A DNA stretch of 64,000 bases from an uncultured Phycisphaerales bacterium (GTDB taxonomy: Bacteria > Planctomycetota > Phycisphaerae > Tepidisphaerales > Tepidisphaeraceae). The stretch is from assembly GCA_963755915.1 (NCBI GenBank), contig CAVWLP010000002.1:1344001-1408000 (forward strand), given 5' to 3'. Under the pieces are notes generated by a model that was not told where the DNA came from, did no database searches, and saw only the letters and a program-made list of their open reading frames with translations. The translations under genes and the position numbers were made by a program. This document shows positions 47,813 to 57,479 of this stretch, one piece after another (the first letter of the stretch is position 1; every line of letters starts with the position of its first letter).

Positions 47813-48712
47813 GTGACAGCATTTACAAGACTCACCTGGAGGATCATGGCAATATCAACGACGATCCTGGCGGGATGCACCTGCAGCGGCAACAAGCCCG
47901 CGGAATTGCCCGAATCAACGCCCCTCTGGAACGGCACACCCCCAGGCCCCCAGGGTTTGGGCGGCCCGGAAAAGACCAGCCTTCGCACCGATCAGGGAGT
48001 TACCTTTGAGATCCTCGAAAATGTAAACGATCCATCGATCACGCCCTTCTTGCCAGCGAAGGACAAGGCAACCGGCGTAGCCGTCATCGTCGCCCCCGGC
48101 GGCGGACATCAGTTCCTCGCCATCGAGCACGAAGGATGGAACGTCGGCCGAGTCCTGGCCGACAGTGGCATCGCCGCCTTCGTCCTGAAATACCGCCTCT
48201 CCAAAGAGAAGAATTCCCCCTACAAAATGGACGATGAGCTGATGGACCTCCAGCGGGCCATCCGCCTCGTGCGTTCCCGATCCGGCGATTGGGGCGTCGA
48301 TCCCAACAAGGTCGGTGTCATGGGATTCTCGGCCGGCGGCCAACTGGCTCTCATGGCTTCGACGCAATATGCCCAGCCCGTGAAAGGTTCGGATGACCCG
48401 GTCGATCAGATCAATTGTCGCCCGGATTTCCAGGCCCTGATTTATCCTGGAGGGTTAAATGAGCCGGATAAAATCGTCGTCGACAAGAACACCCCGCCCG
48501 CGTTTCTCGCTTGCTCCTATAACGATCGAATCACCATCTCCGAGAACCTCGCCAAGCTTTATCTCAAACTGAAAGAGGCCGGCGTCCCCGCCGAACTGCA
48601 CATTTTCGAAAGCGGCGGCCACGGCTGGGGAATCCGCCCGACAACCCGCCCGGACGGAGCATGGCCCGATTTGTTTGTGGCATGGGTTAGAGATCGCGGA
48701 CTCATCAAATAG
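47813..48712 (+). CDS. Exported alpha/beta hydrolase (acetyl xylan esterase-like)
   Basis: APGGGH, VLKYRL, GFSAGG, ELHIFESGGHGWG. Confidence 0.88.
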   Translation: MTAFTRLTWRIMAISTTILAGCTCSGNKPAELPESTPLWNGTPPGPQGLGGPEKTSLRTDQGVTFEILENVNDPSITPFLPAKDKATGVAVIVAPGGGHQFLAIEHEGWNVGRVLADSGIAAFVLKYRLSKEKNSPYKMDDELMDLQRAIRLVRSRSGDWGVDPNKVGVMGFSAGGQLALMASTQYAQPVKGSDDPVDQINCRPDFQALIYPGGLNEPDKIVVDKNTPPAFLACSYNDRITISENLAKLYLKLKEAGVPAELHIFESGGHGWGIRPTTRPDGAWPDLFVAWVRDRGLIK

Positions 48713-48722
48713 TTACCCGCAG

Positions 48723-48821
48723 CCGGAGGCGAGGAGCGGTACTCCGCATAGGCGGGATGCCGTTGACCCGGAGGCGAGGAGCGGTAATCCGCATAGGCGG
48801 GATGCCGTTGAGCCGGAGGCG
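48723..48821. repeat. 45-bp tandem repeat, two copies plus a partial third
   Basis: ccggaggcgaggagcggta(c/a)tccgcataggcgggatgccgttga at 48723 and 48768; partial copy at 48813. Confidence 0.85.
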
Positions 48822-48894
48822 GATATAGCTGACTCGCAACTCGCAACTTCTGCCATTACAATCGCACACTTGTTTCGCCTGAGGTGACACTCGT

Positions 48895-50041
48895 ATGTTC
48901 CGATGGTGGTGGCTGGGCGGAGTGGTGGCGATTCTGGCTGGGGTATCCGTTTTGCTCGCGCAGAGGGAATCGTCAATACAACCGACGGGCGAACGCTTCG
49001 CGGCGATATCCAGCAGAATCCCGATGGAACAACCAACGTAAGCTTTCGCGGCGGGACCCTCACGCTGGATGCGGGCAACGTCGCTTCGATCGTCTATGCG
49101 GACGATGCACGGGCGGACTTTGACGATCGGCTCAAGAAGCTCGACCCCAACGACATCACCGGCCGCATCGAGCTTGGCCGGATGGAACTGAGCGCCGGGC
49201 AGTACGAACTGGCGACGTCGGCCGCGGAAGAGGCGCAGCGGCTCGATCCCCATAACCCGGACGCGGCGATTTTGCTCGACACGATCCAGGCCGAGCAGAC
49301 GCTGAACGTGCGCATGGCCGTCGAGGCGGCGTATCCGACGCCGGTGGCGACGAAGCCATCGGAAGGACCGTGTCTGACCCAGGCCGACGTCTATGCGATC
49401 CGGCGGGCGGAGCTGACGCCCGATGACAATGTTCGCCTCACTTTTCACAACGACGTCCGCAGCCGATATGCAAGCCTCCAGTCGGATGCGGGGGGATTCG
49501 ATCGCGAAACCGAAACGCAGCAGGCCATAGATATCATCCAGAGCGGTGACCCGAATCTTGCCAAGGACGTACACATCGAATCCGATCCAGCGGTGATTCG
49601 CGAATATCGCGCAGAAATTCAGCCCAAAATTTTGGAAGGGTGCGCCGCGGCCGGTTGCCACAGCGGAGATGCGCAAGGCGGCTTCAGGCTGATGACCGAC
49701 GCGAGCGATACGCTTCCGGCCTATACGAACTATTTTATCTTGCAGATGAGCGGCGAGAAGCTGGAAGGCGGCAGCACCTTTGGCCACGGGCCCGTCTTCC
49801 GGCCGATGATCGACCCGCGCGGGTCGATGAGTCGCTGCTCCTTCAGTTTGGCTTGCCGCAGAATGTCGCGGTCACGCCGCATCCCAATGCGCAGGGTTTC
49901 AGGCCGATGTTCCGCGGGACGGATGATCCGCTCTATCAGTTTGTATTTCGCTGGATTTCCTCGCTACGGGCGATTACGCCGGATTATGGCATTCAATTTA
50001 AGCCGTCGGTGGGCAGCGGCGCGACAACGCAGGGATCATAG
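48895..50041 (+). CDS. Exported hypothetical protein with a TPR-like segment and a CxxxxCH motif (frameshifts near 48950 and 49815)
   Basis: Signal-like MFRWWWLGGVVAILAG; AQRLDPHNPDA; GCAAAGCHSG; SLLLQFGLP. Confidence 0.6.
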
Positions 50042-50045
50042 AGGA

Positions 50046-50164
50046 AATTCGAAACTCGAAACTCGAAATTCGAAGTAAATTCGCGTGACTGAAATTCGAA
50101 AGCGTCGTTTCGAACATTCGAATTTCGAATTTGATTCGTCATTCGAGTTTCGGATTTCGAATTT
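50046..50164. repeat. Heptamer-based palindromic repeat (TCGAAAT/ATTTCGA)
   Basis: aaattcgaaactcgaaactcgaaattcgaa ... ttcgagtttcggatttcgaattt; similar half element at about 1690-1745. Confidence 0.75.
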
Positions 50165-50240
50165 GGCCCGCGAGCCCGCCGCATAATTGTGGGATCAGAT
50201 TATTTTTGCATTTTTGCTCTAAATCGGCACACTTCCCCAT

Positions 50241-50600
50241 ATGGGCTCGGAATACATCGTTACGCAGATCGACAAGGCGATCGTGGTGGAGTTTCGGATT
50301 CCGTCGCTGATGGAGCCGGCACAACTGGAGAAAATTCAACAGGAACTTTTCAAGCTCGTGGACGAGCAGGACAAGCGGCTGGTGATCCTCGATTTCTCTC
50401 GCGTGGAGTTCATTTCCAGCCAGGCGATCGGCATCGTCATCGGCCTCAATCGCCGCCTCGCGGCCCTGCCCCACAGCAAGCTGCTGCTTTGCGGGGTGAA
50501 CTCGAAATTGACCGAGCTGCTGCGCATCACCCGCCTGGACCGGGTGCTGAAGATCAAGCCGACGCAGAAAGAGGCGATTAATTCGCTGGCGATGCTGTAA
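50241..50600 (+). CDS. STAS domain anti-sigma factor antagonist
   Basis: VILDFSRVEFISSQAIG..LLRITRLDRVL. Confidence 0.92.
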   Translation: MGSEYIVTQIDKAIVVEFRIPSLMEPAQLEKIQQELFKLVDEQDKRLVILDFSRVEFISSQAIGIVIGLNRRLAALPHSKLLLCGVNSKLTELLRITRLDRVLKIKPTQKEAINSLAML

Positions 50601-50977
50601 CCCCACCGCGCCGGCGAATCAGAAGTGCCAGCGGTGCGATACAGAGAATTCCCATCGACGCCGGTTCGGGGACCACAAGCGAGAGCAGATAAGCGCTGCT
50701 GCCGATGGACGAGTTATTCATTAATTCCTGGCCATTCAATAATCCGAGGCCGACAACGAATTGTGGATATCCATTCACATCGTCGCCCGAGGTGCTAATA
50801 ACGCTTTGGATCGCATCCCAGCCGTTTGCGGTAAGTCCGCCGTTGACAAGCGTGCCAAGGTGTCATGGGGCGCGCAAAACCGGCCAATTGAGGGCGCGCC
50901 AAAACCGGCCATTTTGAGGCACAGGAGATTGGGTTATCGACCTTGGCTTTCGGCGGTTGCCGCAAGCCAATGGTGGG

Positions 50978-52658
50978 ATGGCCAATCAACTCAAGATGGC
51001 GGAAGTACAAGCAATTTTGGCACTTGCGCAGCGGCTGGTCCAATCGGAACATCGCCCGCCAACTCGGCGTTCACCGGGAGACCGTTGGACGCCACATCCG
51101 GTTGTCGGGCGGCGATCCTGCGGCGCCCGGATCGGATTCAAAACCGGCCAGCGCGCCCTCGGCTCGACGGTGCTCGCCGCAGGCGGCTCGACGGTGCTCG
51201 CCGCAGGCGGCTCGACGGTGCTCGCCGCAGGCGGCTCGGAGAGCGCGCCCACCGGGTTATCCGGCGCGCCCATCGGGTCGGTCAGTACGGCATCGCCCTG
51301 GCGTGAGGTCATTGTTCAGAAGTTGGAAGCCGGGCTGACGGCCCAGCGGATTTATCAAGACATCTCCAGCGATCACGGCTATGCCGGCAGCTATTACAGC
51401 GTGCGCCGGTTCATCAAGAAGCTCTCGGCTGCCGCGCCGGCGCCCTTTCGCCGGATGGAATGCGAGCCGGGAGCCGAGGCGCAGGTGGACTTCGGCCGGG
51501 GTGCGCCCTGGTCGGTCCTGACGGCAAACGCAAAGCAACCTGGGTCTTCCGCATTGTGCTGAGCCACAGCCGCAAGGGGTACGCCGAGGCGGTGGAGCGG
51601 CAGACGACCGATGATTTTCTGCGTTGTCTGGAAAATGCCTTTACGCACTTCGGCGGGATGCCGTCAGCGCTGGTGATCGACAATCTTCGCGCGGCGGTGA
51701 CGCGGGCGGACTGGTTCGAGGCGGAGTTGTGTCCCAAGGTCCGGTCGTTCGCCGAACATTATGGAATCGCCATTCTGCCCACCAAGCCGTACACGCCGCG
51801 GCACAAGGGGAAGATCGAGCGGGGCATCGGCTATGTGAAGAGCAATGCTCTCAAAGGCCGGCAATTCGCCTCGCTCTCGGATCAGAACGCGCATCTGCTG
51901 ACGTGGGAGAAGAGCGTGGCCGACACGCGCATCCACGGCACGACGCGGCGGCAGGTGAAGGAAGTCTTCGAGCAGGTAGAGAAGCCGGCACTGTTGGCTC
52001 TGCCGCCGGTGCGATTCGATCTTTTCACCGAGGCGTTGCGCAGTGTTCACCGCGACGGGCACGTGGAGATCAAGGGGGCGTACTATTCGGTCCCGCCGGA
52101 GTTTTTGGGCCAGCGGGTCTGGGCGCGGTGGGACGGCGCACGGTCCGGCTGTTCGATCAGAAGATGCGTGCGATCGCTCTGCACGCGCAGCGTCCGCCGG
52201 GCAGGTTCTCGACGCAAGACGCCCATATCCTGCCGGAGAAGATCAGCGGCATCGAGCGTGGAACGACCTGGCTTCTCCAGCGGATCGAATGCATCGGGCC
52301 GCACGCCACGCAGTGGGCGCAGTCAATGCTTCAGCATCGCGGCATCGAAGGCGTGCGCGTGTTGATGGGGCTGCTGTCGCTGGCCAATCAGCAGCCGCGA
52401 CCGGCCGTGGAACGAGCCTGCGAGATTGCTCTGGGGCATGGCGCGTATCACCTGCGCTCCCTGCGGCAGCTCATCGAACACCAAAACGGCGCGCCGGTTC
52501 AACAACACTTCGAGTTTGTTCAGGAACATCCAATCATCCGCGGACTGGCCGATTACGGACAGTTCGTACGCGACGCAATCACCCAAGCGGAGGCTTTGCC
52601 TGCCGCACAACCTTTACAGGCCTGCCCTGAGCAGAGCCGAAGGGAGTCCACCCCATGA
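50978..52658 (+). CDS. istA: IS21 transposase IstA (several frameshifts)
   Basis: GSYYSVRRF, PGAEAQVDFG, VIDNLRAAV, KGKIERGIGYVK, YSVP. Confidence 0.9.
51161..51238 (+). repeat. 24-bp tandem repeat, 3.25 copies, within istA
   Basis: GGCTCGACGGTGCTCGCCGCAGGC at 51161, 51185 and 51209. Confidence 0.9.
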
Positions 52659-53545
52659 GACCTTCGTTGATGCAGACGCTCAAGCAACTTCGGCTTTCAG
52701 GTCTGGCGAGCAGCCTTGAAGTTCGCCTGAGCGAGGCGGCCGGCAATCGGCTCGACCACAGTGAGTTTTTGGAACTGATCCTTCAGGATGAACTGAACGT
52801 CCGATCCAGCCGGCAGATCGGCCGGCGCGTCAAGGCGGCGATGTTCCGCGACACCAAAAACCTCGACGAGTTCGACTTCTCCTTCAACACCTCCATCAAA
52901 CGCAAACAGATTCACGATCTGGCCGCCGGCCAGTTCATTCGTGACAAACGTGACGTGCTCTTGCTGGGTCCGCCCGGCGTGGGCAAATCGTTTTTGGCCC
53001 AGGCCATCGGACACCAGGCGATCAAGAGCGGCTTGGTGGTCCTGTACCGATCCATCTTCGACCTGGCCCGCGACTTTTTAGGCGACGAGGATCTGGGAGC
53101 CCAGGACAAGACGCTGGCCCGGTATCTCAAGCCTGATCTGCTTATCATCGACGACATGGGAATGAAGCAGCTTCCGCGGCGCAGCGGCGAATGCCTGCTG
53201 GAGATCGTCATGCGCCGGCACGAGAACCGCTCGACGATGATGACCAGCAACCGTCCACTGGAGGACTGGGCCAAGCTGATCGGCGACGTGCCGGCGGCCA
53301 CGGCCATTCTGGATCGGTTCCTGCAGCACGCCACGATCATCAACATCACCGGCAAGAGCTACCGCCTTCGGCATGGGGGCCATTCGACTTCGCTCACGGC
53401 AGGCCAATCCGGGACACCGGAAAAGACAAATCCAAAAGGACGGCGGAGTACCGCCGGCGATGAAGGGTGCTCCCCCCCGGAAGACACCGTGACAGAGCCG
53501 CCGTTGTCTTCTGATGTGGGGGTATCCGCCGGCCAGACGGCGTGA
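52655..53545 (+). CDS. istB: IS21 helper ATPase IstB
   Basis: GPPGVGKS, LLIIDDMG, TSNR, AILDRFL. Confidence 0.95.
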   Translation: MRPSLMQTLKQLRLSGLASSLEVRLSEAAGNRLDHSEFLELILQDELNVRSSRQIGRRVKAAMFRDTKNLDEFDFSFNTSIKRKQIHDLAAGQFIRDKRDVLLLGPPGVGKSFLAQAIGHQAIKSGLVVLYRSIFDLARDFLGDEDLGAQDKTLARYLKPDLLIIDDMGMKQLPRRSGECLLEIVMRRHENRSTMMTSNRPLEDWAKLIGDVPAATAILDRFLQHATIINITGKSYRLRHGGHSTSLTAGQSGTPEKTNPKGRRSTAGDEGCSPPEDTVTEPPLSSDVGVSAGQTA

Positions 53546-55711
53546 ACGGGGACCAATAACTCAAGGAACAGTTGCGTCGGATAGAACGGATGCGGTATAG
53601 AATACGTCAGCACATTGGCCGGTTTTGAAGCGCCCCGCCCTGGCTGGTTTTGGCGCGCCCCGTGACACCAAGGTCATGGAAACCGTTGGACTCGCTCCAG
53701 TAGAAGGCGTCTATCCCTTCAAGGGTGGAACCATTGTATAGGTCGTAATAGCCAAGGACTGCGCCCGAGTCGGTCAGAACCTCAGGGTATGTGTCGCTGT
53801 CGCCATTGGCGCTATCGACGCTGAACTGAAGCAGGTCCGTGGAATCCGTGGCGCTGTCGAAAAACCAAGCGTCCTGGCCCAGAGAATTGCCAGTCGAGTT
53901 GTAACGATCGGAGTTTCCAATGACATCACCTGCAGCGTTCATCTGAGATATATAACTGGTTTCGTAGGTTCCGCCGGAGGTGATATAGCTGTCGCCGGCC
54001 CCGTTCACGACGATTTGCTCAGTGGTGGAACCGTTGTAATACCACGCGTCCTGTCCGAGAGGAGCCCCGCTCGAACTAAATCGCTGTGAATAACCAAGCA
54101 CATCACCCGCGTTATTAATCAATGCTGGGGAACTGTTTTGATAAGTTCCCCCCGAGGCGGGATAGCTGTAGTTCGTCCCCGTCAGGCCGATTTGCTGGGT
54201 GGTGGACCCGTTGTAATACCAGGTGTCATAGCCGAGAGAGGCTCCGCTCGAACTAAATCGCTGTGAATAACCAACCACATTCCCCGCGGAATTGATATCG
54301 TATGGGAAACTGTATTGATATGTTCCTCCCGAAGTGGCATAGCTGTAATTTGCCCCGGTCAATCCGATTTGCTGAGTTGAGGAACCGTTAAAATACCAGG
54401 CGTCGCTCCCGAGTGAGCCCCCACTGGAGTTATAGCGAAGCGATTGTCCAAGGACTTCTCCTGTCGCGTTGATCGCAAAGTCGTTACTGGATTCGTAGGT
54501 TCCTCCAGTTGTGGCGTAACTGTAGTTCGTGCCAGTCAAGCCGATTTGCTGCGTGGAGGAGCCATTGGAATACCATGAGTCATATCCAAGAAAATTTCCG
54601 GCGGAGCTATAGCGTTTGGAGTATCCGTCGATATCTCCCGCGTCGTCCATGGTGCTGTCGGCCGCCCATTCATATGTTCCACCAGTGGTGGAATAGCTGT
54701 AGTTAGGCCCGGTCAGTCCGATTTGCTGAGTCGTGGAACCGTTAAAATACCACGAGTCTATACCGAGATTATTTCCGCTGGTGCCATAGCGATACGAACT
54801 TCCGCTGACATCCCCGGCGGTACTGACCTGCCATGGCATGCTGTCTTCGTAGCTGCCGCCCGAAGCCGCGTAGCTATAATTTGTCCCAATCAGACCGATC
54901 TGCTGGGTGGAGGTGCCGTTGAAATACCACGAGTCATCGCCGAGCGCGGTTCCGGTGGTGCTATAGCGATTGGAAGTTCCGATGACATCATTCGTGCTGT
55001 TAATCTTGTCGGGAGTGCTGAATTCGTAGGTTCCGCCTGAGGCTGCGTAGCCATAGTTCGTCCCTATCAATCCGATTTGCTGCGTCGAGGAGCCATTAAA
55101 AAACCAGGCGTCCTGTCCGAGAGAACTGCCACTGGAGCTGTAACGCGCGGAATCGCCGATTAAATCCCCCACCGGATTGAAGTTGGAAACTACCTCAATG
55201 GATTGATTGCCATCGTAGGAATAAATTGTTCCGGTAAGCCCGAGTTCCTGAATCGAATAAACTGCGGAAGCAAGGGCCAGCGGGGCGGTAGACGCGAGCG
55301 CACTGAGGAAGACCACCAGAACGCGCACGACTGCCTGCAAAGAAAATGGCTTTCGCGTGCTCTTCGGAGATGTTTTTAGACTTAATGCCTGGTGCATTTT
55401 CCTCCCATTTCAACAGCTTTGAATTGCGGGATTTCGCCCGATTTCGTGCCAATCCTCCAGGATCTTGGACCAGTATATATTGAACGACCAATGTCCACCA
55501 AGAAAATCCCCTCAAACAAGCATAAGCCGCTGCTAGATTTGCAGATACGCTACGCACCCCGGACATTCATGGACCTGTTTTGTTCAGCGGGGATCGGCTA
55601 ATCGCTTGAGAATTAAGTATTTCGAAAATACGCGAGATAGGCGGTTCGCCGCTCAATCCACGCAAAGGTAGAATCACAGTTGAGATCGGATTTCTCTAGC
55701 GGAGGATAGCC

Positions 55712-56164
55712 ATGTCAGACGTTCGCAACGCGGTGCAGTTCAGCGTTTTTCTGGTGAACAAACCGGGGATCTTGGCCCAGGTTTGCCGGGCGCTGGCGGA
55801 TGAGAAAATCAATGTCGTCGCGATGACCCTGGTGGATTCGCAGGAGCACGGCGTTCTACGGCTTGTGGCCGAGAATCTGAAGGCGACACGAGATGTGCTC
55901 GCGGGGTTGAATCTGCCGATGACGGAGACGGAAGTTTTGTGCGTCGATCTGCCCAACGAATCCGGTGCGCTGGCGGATATCGCGACGATCCTGGGGCAGA
56001 ACCACATCAACATCAATTACGCGTATTGTACCAGCGGGGCGCCAGGCGGCAGAACCACAGGGGTTTTTAAGACGGGGGATCAGGCGAAGGCGACGCATCT
56101 GCTGCAAAAGGGCGGGAAGGCGCACAAGGAGCCGGATTTGCATCGGGCGCGGGGGAGAAGATAG
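55712..56164 (+). CDS. Tandem ACT domain protein
   Basis: QFSVFLVNKPGILA..NESGALA..ININYAY. Confidence 0.88.
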   Translation: MSDVRNAVQFSVFLVNKPGILAQVCRALADEKINVVAMTLVDSQEHGVLRLVAENLKATRDVLAGLNLPMTETEVLCVDLPNESGALADIATILGQNHININYAYCTSGAPGGRTTGVFKTGDQAKATHLLQKGGKAHKEPDLHRARGRR

Positions 56165-56193
56165 TGTTGGGCTAGACTAGAATTGGTTGCGTC

Positions 56194-56781
56194 ATGACAG
56201 CAATAGTCGGTCCATTTTCGTTGGAGCGAATGGTGAGTGCCGTGGAAAAAGTCCGGCAGCGGCTTCTCAAAGCGGCGGGGGCTTTGCGCGGCGCGAGCGT
56301 GCCTTATGCAGTTGCCGGGGGTAACGCGGTTGCGCTCTGGGTTTCGCGCGTGGATGAAGCCGCGGTGAGAAATACGCAGGATGTAGATGTTTTGCTTCGC
56401 CGTCAGGACTTTGATGCGGCGAAGGTTGCTCTGGAATCGGCGGGGTTTGTCCATCGAGTCGCTGGGGGGCTGGAAATGTTTCTGGATTCACCGACGGGCA
56501 AAGCCCGTGATGCCGTCCATATCGTTTTTGCCAACGAGAAAGTTCGGCCTGAGGAGGCACTGGCGAATCCGGATGTCAGTGAATCGGAAGATGCGGGCCT
56601 GTTTCAAGTCATCGGGCTGGAAGCTCTCGTGCGGATCAAGCTGACCGCTTGGCGCGACAAGGATCGAACCCATTTGCGTGATTTGATCGACGTCGGGCTG
56701 ATCGATGCCACTTGGCGGAATAATCTTCCGCCAGTTCTCGCGGATCGATTGCGGCAGCTCTTGGCCAACCCACAGGGGTGA
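56194..56781 (+). CDS. Nucleotidyltransferase-like family protein
   Basis: YAVAGGNAV..RNTQDVDVLL..KLTAWRDKDRTHLRDL. Confidence 0.75.
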   Translation: MTAIVGPFSLERMVSAVEKVRQRLLKAAGALRGASVPYAVAGGNAVALWVSRVDEAAVRNTQDVDVLLRRQDFDAAKVALESAGFVHRVAGGLEMFLDSPTGKARDAVHIVFANEKVRPEEALANPDVSESEDAGLFQVIGLEALVRIKLTAWRDKDRTHLRDLIDVGLIDATWRNNLPPVLADRLRQLLANPQG

Positions 56782-56784
56782 CGT

Positions 56785-57195
56785 TCAAGGCAACGCCGTG
56801 CAGATGATCGTCCGTCTCCGCGGACGTGTATCGAATTCCATCAATACGATCTGCTGATATTCGCCCGTGAGCAGTTTGCCGTCGGCGAAGGGGATGGAGA
56901 GGCTCGGGCCAACCAGGGCGGCGCGGACGTGGCTGTGGCCGTTGTCGTCGTTCCACGTAGCTTCGTGGAAATAATGCGCGTTGTCGGGGACGAGGCGTTG
57001 AAGCACGTCGGACATATCGTGCTTCACGAGGCCCGACTCATATTCCATGGTGGTCAGCGCCGCGGTGCTGCCCACGAGGAACAGGTGAAGCAACCCTTCC
57101 CCCTTGAGCTTACGCAGGTGGTCGCGCAAGGGGATATGCAGGTTGATAATGTCGCTGTTGCCGTCGGTTTCTACTTCCAGATTAAAGCGCATCAT
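56785..57195 (-). CDS. yjbQ: YjbQ/UPF0047 family protein
   Basis: GSTAALTTMEYE, DNGHSHVRAALVG, GEYQQIVLMEFD. Confidence 0.9.
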   Translation of the reverse strand: MMRFNLEVETDGNSDIINLHIPLRDHLRKLKGEGLLHLFLVGSTAALTTMEYESGLVKHDMSDVLQRLVPDNAHYFHEATWNDDNGHSHVRAALVGPSLSIPFADGKLLTGEYQQIVLMEFDTRPRRRTIICTALP

Positions 57196-57479
57196 GGTTG
57201 GTTCCGGAGAGTACTATAGCACGCGATTTTGATCGGCAAAGCCGCGATGGGAATGTGCATGTTTGCAAAAATCCGTGCAAATAATCCTGGGAAATGGTGA
57301 TTATCGGACATTGCTCTTGTATGCGGATATATTTGGAGTTTATTTGACCCTCTGGAAAAGCGGTGATATATTCACCGGGAGCGCCTGCTGGAGGCGTTCA
57401 CATTACGCTTGTTGCGCAAAGGGTTTAGGGGATTTTTGCAGGGCGGAAGTCCAGATTTCCGCATCAGGGTGGCTGGGAA

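Larger units (their letters stand above)
50861..53667 (+). mobile_element. IS21 family insertion sequence
   Basis: TGTCA..TGACA ends with repeated AAAACCGGCCA motifs; 6-bp TSD CCAAGG at 50855-50860 and 53668-53673. Confidence 0.95.
50578..55397 (-). pseudogene. PEP-CTERM protein with 59-aa tandem repeats, interrupted by IS21
   Basis: Removing the IS plus one CCAAGG restores GFHDLGTLVNGG in frame through to VPEPASMGIL..IRRR. Confidence 0.92.

Noticed and set aside
48723-48821. Possible CRISPR array
   Set aside because: The units are contiguous 45-bp tandem copies with no unique spacers, and there are no cas genes in the window.
51161-51238. Possible CRISPR-like repeats
   Set aside because: Head-to-tail 24-bp coding repeat with no spacers.
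51480-52160. Programmed frameshifting in istA and other split genes
   Set aside because: No consistent slippery motifs were seen, and indels are equally common in housekeeping genes, so sequencing error is more parsimonious.
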